Positions 25,320-38,591 of a stretch of 64,000 nucleotides of DNA are shown here, in pieces (the stretch's first letter is position 1; every line of letters begins with the position of its first letter). The notes beneath the pieces are model-generated. The model saw only the letters and a list, made by a program, of their open reading frames with translations. It did not search any database and was not told where the DNA came from. The stretch lies in NCBI RefSeq assembly GCF_006345805.1, contig NC_043014.1:9114001-9178000 (forward strand), given 5' to 3'. The translations under genes and the position numbers were made by a program. Source of the DNA: Octopus sinensis (Eukaryota).

Positions 25320-25700
25320 CCTCTTTACTCTTTTCTCTCTTTTACTTGTTTCAGTCATTTGACTGCGGCCATGCTGGAGCACCGCATTTAATCGAGCAAC
25401 TCGACCCCCGGGACTTATTCTTTTGTAAGCCCAGTACTTATTCTATCGGTCTCTTTTGTCGAACCGCTAAGTAACGGGGACATAAACACACCAGCATCGA
25501 TTGTTAAGCAATGCTAGCGGGACAAACACAGACACACAAACATATACACACATTTTCCGTCTACCAAATACACTCACAAAGCTTTGGTCGGCCTGAGGCT
25601 ATAGTAAAAGATACGTGCCCAAGGTGCCACGCAGTGGGATTGAACCCGCAACCATGTGGTTGGTAAGCAAGCTACTTACTACACAGCCACACCTGCGCCT
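25320..25700 (-). mobile_element. SINE-B
   Basis: Reverse-complement consensus match. Confidence 0.85.
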
Positions 25701-26185
25701 ATATATATATCTTTGATCTTATCTTTAGCGCACATTCTATCTAGTTCATTTCTGTCACAAGTTAGTCAAAGTGAGATTCTGACAGTTAAAAGCATCTCTT
25801 GCATGTGTGACCAACTGTGAGAACCAACTGCAGTGAAAGCAAACATCTTTACCAACACAAATATATTAGCAATGCCAGTCGCAAAGCGTATAAATTAAAT
25901 ATCTCCATGTTAAATAAAACTTTAACGCGGAAAAGTAGTTGATATGTTGAAATCAATAAAGCGTTCCATGAAAAGAAAAACAACGAGAGAAAAACAAACA
26001 AAATATATAAAAAAAAACAATAGCAACAGAGAATAAAGTGATATTTAATGTAGAACGATCAAATGAAGTTTGTAGAAAGATATTAATAATGTCAATGAAA
26101 GAAAGAGCATTGCTTGTTATCTCTTAGGTCGGCACGCGATGGATCAAAGGCAAGGCTGCGCGTTTGACAAAAAGGCATACGGGAA

Positions 26186-26592
26186 ATAGTAGTAGTAGTA
26201 GTAGTAGTAGTAGCAGTAGTAGTGGTGATGGTGGTGATGGTGGTGGTGGTGGTGATGGTGGTGGCATGGTTGTAGTAGTAGTAGTAGCAGCAGTAGTAGT
26301 AGTGGTGGTGATGGTGGTGGTGGTGACGATGGTTGTAGTAGTAGTAGTAGTGGTAGTAGTAGTAGTAGTGGTGGTGGTGGCGATGGTTGTAGTAGTAGTA
26401 GTAGTAGTAGTGGTGATGGTGGTGGTGGTGATGGTTGTAGTAGTAGTAGTGGTAGCAGTAGTAGTAGTGGCGGTGGTATTAATGGTGGTGGTGGTGGCGA
26501 TGATTGTAGTAGTAGTAGTGATGGTGGTAGTGGTGATGGTGGTGGTGGTGGCGATGGTTGTAGTAGTAGTAGTGGTGGTGGTGGCGATGGTT

Positions 26593-26631
<39 letters not shown>

Positions 26632-26640
26632 ATGGTGGTG
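26186..26640. repeat. Compound (GTA)n/(GTG)n trinucleotide repeat
   Basis: Direct reading; source of the poly-V and poly-L/P ORFs. Confidence 0.95.
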
Positions 26641-26784
26641 TCATCAAACTATGTCAATTCCTCTTGCACTGGATCTGTCGGTCTCACTCTCTCTATCTCC
26701 CCACCACGCACAATATAAATCTATGTATACATATATACACATATATACATATATATATGTATGTATGTGTCTGTCTGACTGTAA

Positions 26785-26821
<37 letters not shown>

Positions 26822-26899
26822 TTACCATCTCGACATATATATATAAGTTGTTAGCCAAACTGAGATTATGAGAGAAAAAGTACCTCTCACGTGAGTATT

Positions 26900-28430
26900 C
26901 GACTGTGAGAAACAACTGCAATGGAAGCAAACATCCTACCTTAACTTCTCATCCTCCCACCCTACCCACCCTACCCACACCAAACTCTCCATTCCCCACT
27001 CTAAATCCCTCCGTCTCCGCAGGCTCTGCAGGGAGGACCGTGAATTTGACACTCAGTCTCAACTCATGGTTCTCCAATCCACCCTACGTTGAAATCGCCT
27101 CACCATTACTCACACTGCCCTTGTCCGGGCACGTTCTCCGGACAGTTCCTCTGCACTTTCTCCTCTATTTCTTTACTACCCACAAGGGGCTAAACATAGA
27201 GGGGACAAACAAGGACAGACAAACGGATTAAGTCGATTATATCGACCCCAGTGCGTAACTGGTACTTATTTAATCGACCCCGAAAGGATGAAAGGTTAAG
27301 TCGACCTCGGCGGAATTTGAACTCAGAACGTAACGGCAGACGAAATACCGCTAAGCATTTCGTCTGGCGTGCTAACGTTTCTGCCAGCTCACCGTCTTTC
27401 TCCTCCCTCTGCACTTTCTCCTCGTACCCACTCCACCCTTACCCGTCTCCCGTTTCCCTAACCTACCACTCCTCCCCTCCCCTGCAACGCCCCATTCTTC
27501 GAACCTTCTGGCGACATCGGTCCGACCACTACACATCGTGCATCTTCTTTGACCTCGCTCTTCCCTCACCTGCGTGACCTCCTGGCTCACAGTTTCTTCC
27601 CTACCCCTGCCTCCCAGCCTGGCTCCCTCCCCAACTCCCGCCCACGGTATCGCACCTGCCCCTATCTCTCCAACACAAACACTGGTACCCATCACCGTTT
27701 CAGTGAAGTCACCGACTCCTTTATCTGCACCTTTAGTAATGTACTCCTTTAGTACTGCATCTCTTGCTCTCCCTGTCCTTCGCTGTACTCTCTTTCTTTT
27801 ACTCTTTTACTTGTTTCAGTCATTTGACTGCGGCCATGCTGGAGCACCGCTTTTATAGTCGAGCAAATCGACCCCGGGACTTATTCTTTTGTAAGCTCAG
27901 TACTTATTCTATCGGCCTCTGTGGCCGAACCGCTAAGTAACGGGGACGTAAACACACCAGCATCGGTTGTCAAGCAATGCTAGGGGGACAAACACAGACA
28001 CACAAACATACACGCACACACATATATATATACATATATACGACGGGCTTCTTTCAGTTTTCGCCTACCAAATCCACTCACAAGGCATTGGTCGGCACTA
28101 AAAGAAGTGACACACAAATCTTTTATCTTTTTGTTTCCTGATGGGGTCGTAGCGTACGTCCAAGACATCAAACTCGGCAATAACACCCAGATCTCGCCCC
28201 ATTTCCACTCTACTGGGCATTCGGTACAATATCTGTCTGCATTCGGACTGTCTCTGCAAAGGAGCCACACCCCTCCCACATTCGAATACCTCACTCCACC
28301 TACACACCAACATACCGCCTACCGCGGTACTCTCAATACTCACACAAACACCACTATACAAACCCCCATACGCACTGTTCAACCCATTACTAACACAAAC
28401 ACCTTTCAACTCCACATACTAACACCGTCC
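26900..28430 (+). pseudogene. Penelope-like element C-terminal/GIY-YIG endonuclease remnant, interrupted by SINE-A (27166-27396) and SINE-B (27790-28096)
   Basis: LRDLLAHS..QPGSLPNSRPRYRTCPYLSN..DSFICTFSNV and VQDIKLGNNTQISPHFHSTGHSVQYLSAFGL resemble PLE endonuclease regions. Confidence 0.65.
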
Positions 28431-28457
28431 ACTTCTCAGCACCCACATCACTCAGCA

Positions 28458-28485
28458 TACTACTACTACTACTACTACTACTACA

Positions 28486-28522
<37 letters not shown>

Positions 28523-28710
28523 TACTACTACTACTACTACTACTACTGCTACTACTACTACTACTACTACTACTACTAATAATAATAATATAATAATAAC
28601 AATAACAACAACAACAACAATAATAATAATAATAAACATAATAATAATAATTATCATTAATATTATCATTATTATTATTATTATATTTTTTTATAATAAT
28701 AATATTATTA
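28458..28710. repeat. (TAC)n/(AAT)n/(ATT)n compound microsatellite
   Basis: Direct reading. Confidence 0.95.
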
Positions 28711-28711
28711 T

Positions 28712-28882
28712 GAAAAAATGTGGCATCTCAAGGCGACTACAGTACAAGTGATTTTAGGAGCTCCAGGAATAATAAAAAAAGGTACTGAAACCTATTTGAA
28801 AATGATTCCAGGCTTACCATCGTGAAAAAAAATCGTGTTAACTGGAACGGCTCATGTACTGAGAAGAGCATTATCGCTGTGA
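28712..28882 (+). pseudogene. 3' end of an RLE-type (R4/NeSL-like) non-LTR retrotransposon
   Basis: Translates as KMWHLKATTVQVILGAPGIIKKGTETYLKMIPGLPS*..IVLTGTAHVLRRALSL*, typical of RLE C-termini. Confidence 0.65.
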
Positions 28883-29653
28883 AAACAACATCCATCCATG
28901 AATTTATTTATTTATTAATTTTTAAATACATATTTTATCTGTGAATTTGCGCGTGTAATCTGGGAATGTATACAATGAGCTTCTCTGCCCTAGGTGTACG
29001 GAAAACACTCGGCGAGAAACGGAAGAAAATTTGAAAAAATTTGAATAAAGAAAAAAAAAAAAGTAATAATAATAATAATAATAAAAATAATAATAATAAA
29101 GAAAAAATATATAAAAAAGAATTTGAGAATGTGTGAAAGAAAGAACTGAATTATTTCAAATGGGGTAAAAGTACATTCTAGTAATTGATTTATGTGTGAG
29201 AGATACAAGAATTTAATGTCGAGCCCAAGTTATTGGCTACATGACTGATTGCAAGCTATGTAATTTTCCGAGCTAATGAAATTAATTAACCTATTATGAC
29301 TGCAATGATGTAACGGCTAAGGGAATGCTGGTAGGCGAATCTCACTCAATCTGAATTCTGTAATCTTAAAAAAATACAAATATGACGATATATTGCTAAT
29401 GTGATTAAAAATGGGCAATGTCTATAAAAAGATGAGCAAATGGTAACATGAAATGGTAAATGGAAACGGTGGTTCATCAGCATGGCCACAGCTCTGAGCT
29501 GAAACTAGAGGGGAAAAATGATAGAAATGCATTTTTCACATCGGTCAGTTAAAGCTGGTCTAAATAACGACGATATCATCGAAAACAGCAGACATTTTCT
29601 ATTGTTTTTAAGGTATGGCTCAATGAGACACCTGAAGAAGGCTGGAGGGTATA

Positions 29654-30290
29654 TCAACCGAAACGTTGTGTTGACAACAAACAAGATGAGGACAAATATT
29701 CGCCGAATGTAAATAATGTAAATTGTGTACGCAATTCTCGTACTACTTTGAAAGTACCGTCGCAAAACCACTCACTTGAAGATTGGAAGAGGCGCATATT
29801 TCTCTCAGTAGAAAACAAAAGTATGTGGTTCTCACCGGGTCCAGTATCGTAAAGTAAGAAATTTTCCTCATTGCATTTTTTTTTGTGTGTTTCTTCTGGA
29901 ATGATCTTGTCATGCAAGGTTCTCGGTATAGGATGCGGAGCGTCTATAGGTTCCTTATATCGTCTCATTGAACACCTAATAGTACACATGGCTGGTAGCT
30001 GAGTAGAAATTCTTCCCGAAACATTATGTAAAGTTTGTGTTATGATTTATTGTGAACTTTGTTGGGTTGTAATAGCTTTCTCCTTCATTTTCTCACGTAC
30101 AGATAGGAGATCTTGACAAAGAACATCTGCAGCGTGAGTATGCTCATGTGACTGGCTGATTATTTCTTCTCCACACAGTATAATTTTGGTCTTGCAGTTG
30201 TTATGTCGGCGGCTTTCACATTCGTAGAACCTATTTCCAGATGACAAGCACTTTTTCTTAACGTAGACGTAACCAGTATGGAAAAGCTAT
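29654..30290 (-). pseudogene. Mutator/MULE transposase remnant (FLYWCH-like finger + start of MULE domain)
   Basis: GYVYVKKKCLSSGNRFYECESRRHNNCK..HEHTH; FLLYDTGPGENHILLFST..WFCDGTFKVV. Confidence 0.75.
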
Positions 30291-30588
30291 AGAGTTTCTG
30301 CTAGATCACCGCCTGCGGTATAACATGCAGTAAACACACAGCAGCATTGGAGCTTTTAAACGTGCATTATACATACTTACACCCATATGTGACCGCGTGT
30401 GTATCGTTGGCGATTTTTTCCTCCATCGTCTTGGATCTTTCCTTTTCCTATGTTTCTGACGAAGAGCTCCGCTCGAAACGTTAGATCCTCCTTCTTTCAT
30501 TCTTTCCTGAGCGTCCAATAACACTATACTTGTTCCACGTCCTCGCAGTGTTGTATTTTCTCTTTGTGTTTTGAAGTTTGGATTAACT

Positions 30589-30870
30589 TTACATACATAC
30601 ACACATATACATACATACATACATACATACATACATACACACATACACACATACATAAATACATACACACACATACATACATACATACATACATACATAC
30701 TTACATACATACACACATACATAAATACATACACACACATACATACATACATACATACATACTTACATACATACATACACACACAATAATACATACATAC
30801 ATACATACATACATACATACATACATACATACATACATACATACAATACATACATACATACATACATATA
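30589..30870. repeat. (ACAT)n microsatellite
   Basis: Direct reading. Confidence 0.95.
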
Positions 30871-30895
30871 TACGTATGCATATAGAATATGTATT

Positions 30896-31070
30896 ATGTG
30901 TGAGCGTGTTCTGTTATCGAAAGTAGGATATGTGAATCATGTGAAATCACATGAAAACGGAAATGACCAGCTGCGTAATGATCTTGAACGCCAACCGCCT
31001 CTTATGATTTGTGTCATATGTCACAAAACTTGTAAGACAATATATGAACTTAAGAGATACATAGAGAATA
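30896..31070 (+). pseudogene. Degenerate C2H2 zinc-finger pair, probably a LINE C-terminal remnant
   Basis: CERVLLSKVGYVNHVKSH and CVICHKTCKTIYELKRY. Confidence 0.4.
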
Positions 31071-31736
31071 CCAAACTCATTCCCTATGGATACCGTATTT
31101 ATTACAACGAGTGTCTTGTAAACGTATCTAACGAGCGAAAGCGAGTTAGATACGTTTACAAGCCACTCGTTGTAATAAATACGGTATCCATAGGGAATGA
31201 GTTTGGTATTTTATTTATTACACACGAATAAACGACCATATTTTATTAACCCAATAACTAAATTCTTCCCGTTTAGTTGTAACTTATGAATGACAAAAGT
31301 AGTGCCGTCACCGTGACCTCGGGTCATCACCATGGATTGACCAATCAGAAGCAGCGCTCGCAGTATCTGACATATGTTAGATACCAAAAATATCTCAAAG
31401 TGTTCTCACTCACATATGTGTAATAAATGCTAGTTCACAAAAACACTACTTCACACTCAGATTCAAAAGGGTAAAGTTGTAGAAGAAACTCGAGTAATAT
31501 CTTTCACTTGTGATTTAAACCCTGTCAGTCAGCAGCTGGTCTCAAAACTCACTCAATCGCTCATCAACGGAAGGATTGTGCTGCGTGATGGGTGGGTGTA
31601 TTTTTCTTGTGAGTAGACTTGGCTGACAAGGCCGATACGAGACTTACACATCTTGTGGCTCCCGAGGGCCTAAAACTTACCACGAACAGCAACCAAATAT
31701 ACGATTATATTAAGTATAACTTTAATATAAATCTTA

Positions 31737-31903
31737 GGAGTGGCCGTGTGGAAAGTAGCTTGCTTACCAGCCACATGGTTCCGGGTTCAGTCCAACTGCG
31801 TGGCACCTTGAGCAAGTGTCTTCTACTATAGCCTCGGGCCGACCAAAGCCTTGTGAGTGGATTTGGTAGATGGAAACTGAAAGAAGCCCGTCGTATATAT
31901 GTT

Positions 31904-31936
<33 letters not shown>

Positions 31937-32125
31937 TTGTCCCCCCAACATCGTTTGACAACCGATGGTGTGTGTTCACGTCCCCGTAACGTAGCGGTTC
32001 GGCAATAGACATCGGTATAATAAGTACTAGACTTACAATGAATAAGTCGTGGGGTCGATTTGCTCGACTAAAAGGTGGTGCTCCAGCATTACCGCCGTCA
32101 AATGACTGAAACAATTAAAAGAGTA
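31737..32125 (+). mobile_element. SINE-B
   Basis: Consensus match. Confidence 0.85.
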
Positions 32126-33087
32126 AAGAAGTAATTGCTATATGTGATCTATTATTTATAAAAAAGCTATTGAAGGATGACCCAGGGTTATATAACTCTA
32201 ATGCACTTTACTATGAACCTTATGATCGTATCTAAGAGCAAAATATGAATGACTGCTCACAGTCTGTGATTTTGATTCTGAGTATTTTTAGCAGAGACTT
32301 CTGTTTCTTTAAAAAGTGATTTCGTTGCCGTAAAATTTCTTGTGTATTCTGCATATGGCAAGAATAATAAAACTGAATTTTCATCGTGTTCTGAATATTC
32401 AAATAATTAGCTAAAAGTAACAGGCATGTCGTAAAGCAAGAAAAAAAATACCATTTTTGAGATCATATTTATAAGACATTTAATTTTGTTTGCCTCGGTA
32501 TTTTCCACGATAAATTAACGGTCAATTAAGTATGGTAATAATTGCGCAACGAAAGAGACGTGTAAAGGTTGCAAATCGCTGTGTCACCATCCAAGTTTCT
32601 TTGGCTCGAAAACTTAAGTTGAATGGCATTTAAAATTGCTACCGGTTCGGTTCATTAAAAGTACTTGACATTGAAGCAACGGTTTTCTTACAAAAATGTG
32701 AAAGTTAGCAATTGACTTGCTTCAAATGCAAATGAGAGCATGTTTTCATACGCATCTTTTGTTGCATATGCATTTCTGTTTATGCTGGTTCACGTGTGTA
32801 TATATATATATATATATATATATGCGTACTGTAGACGATTGACGAGAAATCGTCAATACGATAGGATGAGAGTGTGTGTATGCGTGAGTGAGTGAGTGTG
32901 CGAATGCTCCGGCATCTTATATTTAATCAGATTATATTATATTCTGCTGTTGTCTGGGGAGAGTCATTTTCTTTTTGTGCCTTATAATGTAACACACACA
33001 CCGTAAAATCTTGCAAACCAAGTCCAAAAACGAAATCATATTCTGCGTTATGTGAAAATACATGTAATCCAAACCATGCAAGACAGG

Positions 33088-33119
<32 letters not shown>

Positions 33120-33159
33120 TATGCTTTTGTATATATATATATATATATATATAAGTTTG

Positions 33160-33190
<31 letters not shown>

Positions 33191-33297
33191 GTATGTATGT
33201 ATGTATGTATATATGCATGTAAATATGTATGAATGTATGTATGTATGTATGTATGTATGTATGTATGTATGTATGTATGTGTGTGTGTGTGTGTATG

Positions 33298-33331
<34 letters not shown>

Positions 33332-33629
33332 TGTATGTATGTATGTATGTATGAAGGAATGTATCTATCTATCTAGATAAGGTAATGGCGAACTTCTGCT
33401 GACTCTTTCGCCACAACTTTCTCTCTCTCTTTCCTCCTGCATCTTGCAGCTCACATGCGACGGACCGGCGTCTCGTCTAGGCGGGGAACCTATACGCCAA
33501 GGAAACGGGGAAACCGGCCCTTATGAGCCAGGCATGGCTCGAGAAGGAACAACTATCGGTGAGATATCATACCAGAAAACTCGAACGCATATATCTCCAC
33601 ATGCAAGGATACATATAAACACATACATT

Positions 33630-34452
33630 ATACTCTTTACTCTTTACTCTTTTACTTGTTTCAGTAATTTGAGTGCGGCCATGCTGGAGCACCGCCTTTA
33701 TTCGAGAAACTCGACCCCGGGACTTATTCTTTTGTAAGCCCGCTACTTATTCTATCGGTCTCTTTTGCCGAACCGCTAGGTAACGGGGACATAAACACAC
33801 CAGCATCGGTTGTCAAGCAATGCTAGGGGGACAAACACAGACACACAAACACACACACGCATATATATATATACATAGAACTACGGGCTTCTTTCAGTTT
33901 CCCTCTACCAAATTATCCACTCACAAGGCTTTGGTCGGCCCGAGGCTATAGTAGAAGACACTTGCCCAAGGTGCCACGCAGTGGGACTGAACCCGGAACC
34001 ATGTGGTTGGTAAGCAAAGTTACTTACCACACAGCCACTCCTGCGCCTAATACCAAAGAAGACATTATATATGCATATATAAGACGGGCTTCTTTCAGTT
34101 TCCGTCTACCAAATCCACTCATAAGGCTTTGGTCGGCCCGAGGCTATAGTAGAAGACACTTGCCTAAGGTGGGTGCCATGCAGTGGGACTGAACCCGGAA
34201 CCATGTGGTTGGTAAGCAAAGTTACTTACCACACAGCCACTCCTGCGCCTAATACCAAAGAAGACATTATATATGCATATATAAGACGGGCTTCTTTCAG
34301 TTTCCGTCTACCAAATCCACTCATAAGGCTTTGGTCGGCCCGAGGCTATAGTAGAAGACACTTGCCTAAGGCGGGTGCCATGCAGTGGGACTGAACCCGG
34401 AACCATGTGGTTGGTAAGCAAGCTACTTACCACACAGCCACGCCTGCGCCTA
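33630..34452 (-). mobile_element. SINE-B with local tandem re-duplication of its 5' half plus flank
   Basis: Three copies of the head region joined by taataccaaagaagacattatatatgc spacers. Confidence 0.8.
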
Positions 34453-35548
34453 TGTGTATTCACATAAACAATCTTACGCTTAGAACAAAATCTATATGAA
34501 GACAAACAGGTATTAACAGATAGCATAATCATAAAAAGAAAAAAAAATTAAAATAAAATAAACAGAAACTGCAAACAAACAATTAAATAGAAAATACTAA
34601 CACAAAGACATCCACCCCAATTCTACCGTTTTCATTGCTGAAAATCAAGTAATATTTAAACTAATTTTCATTTGACTGCTGCGTTTTATTAGACATTTGA
34701 ATATATTTGAATATTGAGTAATGTGTTGTTTACCAGACTGAAATTTAATCTTTTAGTATTCGCCTTTTTCATCTTATATAAAATAAATTCACAGTTTGTA
34801 AATTCACAAATAGTTGTCACTTTAATATTATTTGATACCATTTTTATATATTATTGACTGTGTAAATATCAAAAGACCACATTTAATCAATTTTATATTT
34901 TATTTTTACCTCTTCACCTATAAGATTTCGCAGAATATTACAATTGTGCAATACCGCAGCAAAATAGATTGAAAAATTTCATAGATTTCTTAGTTCCAAT
35001 AAGTAACTAAGGTGAGAATGCTTATTTATTATAAGAAAGGATTGTGTGTGATATATTGTCGGCTGATATACGGGAAAATGATATACGCTGGGTCAAGAAA
35101 AGAAAATTGCTTTTCTGATCGAGGCATGTATCCAAATCAATAAACAATAATTGGAATCACTGAGGTTTAAATACACAAAATCACAAAATAGAGGCCAAAT
35201 ATATGCACATTCTGTATTTATATTACTCTTTGAATTCTTTCAATCATTAGCCTATGGCCATGCTGGGACACTGCCACGTAGATATTTCTCGTCGAATGTA
35301 TCAACCCCAGTACATGGGTCTATTCTCAAAGACGGTTACTTATTCTATCCGGTCTATTTGGCCGAACCCATACAACACACACACACAGATACATACATCT
35401 GTATATATATATATGATCACGTGACTGACCAGACCATCAGATGTTGTTACACACCGCTGGTCACAATGCGCTTCACATTGTTTTAGCCTTCGAATGACGC
35501 CACCCCGCTGGCTAAGCGAGCAGGCCAACATATATATATATATACAGA

Positions 35549-35579
<31 letters not shown>

Positions 35580-35699
35580 GTATATACATATGTATATGTA
35601 TATATATATGTATATATATAGTATCTATCTATCAATCAATCTATCTATCTGTAATATGTATATGATATGAATATGTATATATATGTATATATATATATG

Positions 35700-35768
<69 letters not shown>

Positions 35769-35801
35769 CATATATATTATTCATATAATTGTGTCCCTCT
35801 G

Positions 35802-35832
<31 letters not shown>

Positions 35833-35895
35833 TCATATATTGTGTCTCTCTGTATATATATAGGATAGATTAATATATGTGTGTGTGTGTCTCTC

Positions 35896-35932
<37 letters not shown>

Positions 35933-36008
35933 TATATATATATGCTGTATATATATATATTATAGGTAATATATATATATATTATATATATATATATCTA
36001 TATATATT

Positions 36009-36042
<34 letters not shown>

Positions 36043-36421
36043 TTTCAGTGTTCAGATTGATATATTTATATCTTTCGAGCAGAACACATTTTCATAATTT
36101 CTCTTTCATATCTAATTCCTATTTTATCAACTTCATCATTTTCTAAATATCTTCCAAAGATAATTGCGATCTACCCCTTTCGCCCCGGGTGTTTATAACT
36201 CTCTTTCAATATTCTCAGCTTCAGCAAATTTTCCATTTCGCGTATACATATACCTGTACATACACACACACACCTGCATCAATTCATAATGCATGTATAC
36301 TTCAATTTTATATTAAGAATGACCGGCAAAAAGCCAGCGGGCTTTTATATCACTACACATATACAATAGTAACTCACATACTGCTGTATGTCTCTTTATA
36401 TCTATGGCTGTGAATACATCC

Positions 36422-36466
<45 letters not shown>

Positions 36467-36481
36467 TATACATATATATAT

Positions 36482-36808
36482 TGTTATATTTAGGAATGGT
36501 CATTTTGCCAGTTTAGCCAATAAAAACACACGCACTATATATTTGGTGTTACTTTGCTTCAGTGTTATTTATTTTTTACATTAATCATAATCTTATTTCG
36601 GCGTTCACGGTTAGTAAGGAGAGACACAAATAAGTGAGAATAAAACAAAGGACCACCGATGCGGTCACAGGAGTGTGACGAAAGAACTTTGGCCGAAATA
36701 AGATTAAGATTAATGTAAAAAATAAATAACACTGAAGCAAAGTAACACCCAATATATAGTGCGTGTGTTTATTGGCTAAACTGGAAAATGACCATTCGAA
36801 ATATAACA
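36482..36808. mobile_element. Foldback/MITE-like element with ~120-bp inverted arms in a TA microsatellite
   Basis: 36482-36602 is the reverse complement of 36692-36808 with few mismatches. Confidence 0.8.
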
Positions 36809-36854
36809 GTATATATATGTATATATATGTATATATATGTATATAAGATATATG

Positions 36855-36885
<31 letters not shown>

Positions 36886-36942
36886 GTATATATATAGATA
36901 GGTATGTATAAATATATGTATGTATATATGTATATATATATA

Positions 36943-36988
<46 letters not shown>

Positions 36989-37084
36989 GTATATATATAA
37001 GTATAATATATATGTATATATATTATATATATATAATAATGTATATTATATATATATGTATATATATATGTAATATTATATATA

Positions 37085-37119
<35 letters not shown>

Positions 37120-37121
37120 TG

Positions 37122-37158
<37 letters not shown>

Positions 37159-37188
37159 GTATATATATATATGTATATACATATATGT

Positions 37189-37226
<38 letters not shown>

Positions 37227-37387
37227 TAGCTATGTTTCTACATTCATTCTCTGTGTGTATATAGTGTACTTTGTGAGTGTATAAATGTACGAAAAATGTA
37301 CCAGATCTGGTGTAGATAACTATTATTTATATAAACAAAATAATATACATTCATGCACACACACACATACACACACATATATATATA

Positions 37388-37620
37388 AGGCGGTGAGCTG
37401 GCAGAAACTTTAGCACGCCGAGCGAAATGCGTAGCCGTATTTCGTCCGCCGTTACGGTCTGAGTTCAAATTCCGCCGAGGTCGACTTTGCCTTTCATCCT
37501 TTCGGGGTCGATAAATAAAGGACCAATTACGCACTGGGGTCGATGTAATCGACGTAATCCCTTTGTCTGTCCTTGTTTGTCCCCTCTATGTTTAGCCCTT
37601 TGTGGGCAGTAAAGAAATAT
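37388..37620 (+). mobile_element. SINE-A
   Basis: Consensus match. Confidence 0.85.
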
Positions 37621-38220
37621 AAATATATATATATATGCATTTATAATTACAGTTTTATATTTAAACTAACAGATAAATCTGCTGAACTCTTAGGTTGCCA
37701 GATTGCTAATAGTACTTACAATGTTTATATATATATATATTATACAAACTCCGGGCGAGAATCCCATAAACTGCTACAGGCGCAAATTCAACTAAAACAG
37801 TTGCAATTTCCCATGGATATAAAAACTAATATATGCTAGACGAAGGAGATGTGTATTACATAAGAGTGTATGATAACATCATCAAATGAATCAATACGGA
37901 GATCAGTATTATGGCGGATCGATTGCTGACGGTGGAAGGGAGCTGAGAATATTTTGGAAAACCAAAATATGATAAACTAATAACTGTTATACCCAACGCC
38001 GTCATAGAATCATTATAGGACCCCAAGAAATGCATATCTTTGGGATCTATTTTGTTTGTCTAATGGCTGCAAACAAAAGCAAACATGGGTCAAATTTGAG
38101 CACCAAGACCTGTCAGAGCGCCGGGGGAAACTCCCTTAAAGTTATTGGCCTTTTAAACTTTGCCGACAAAATACATACATACATACATCATACAACCATT
38201 ACATACATACATACTACATA

Positions 38221-38265
<45 letters not shown>

Positions 38266-38560
38266 ATATATATATACTATATATATATATATAAATATAT
38301 ATACATATATATACGCGTAGGAGTAGTAGTGTGAAACAGAGGCGACTGAAGAAGGGGATTTCCCTGTGTTGTATGTCCTGTACTCTATTTTTTCGTTGTT
38401 AAGAAAAATGTCCATTTCCTTGGTTTAGCGTTCATGTTTTCGTTTCTCATTGTGTTCGACGTTTTTTTGGTGTCCTGTACCCATATCTGCATGTATATAT
38501 ACATATAGATGTGTAGGTACGTACATATATGTATGTATATATGCATATGTTTTATTTATC

Positions 38561-38591
<31 letters not shown>

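Noticed and set aside
26144-26718. Long poly-Val and poly-Leu/Pro/His ORFs
   Set aside because: Pure GTA/GTG trinucleotide repeat; no coding signal.
30306-30926. 191-aa and 120-aa ORFs
   Set aside because: Mostly (ACAT)n; the non-repeat tail may be an RTE 3' relic but is not supportable.
36650-36705. Hammerhead-like CCGATGC..GAAA in the foldback spacer
   Set aside because: Two core substitutions and no convincing stem I or III.
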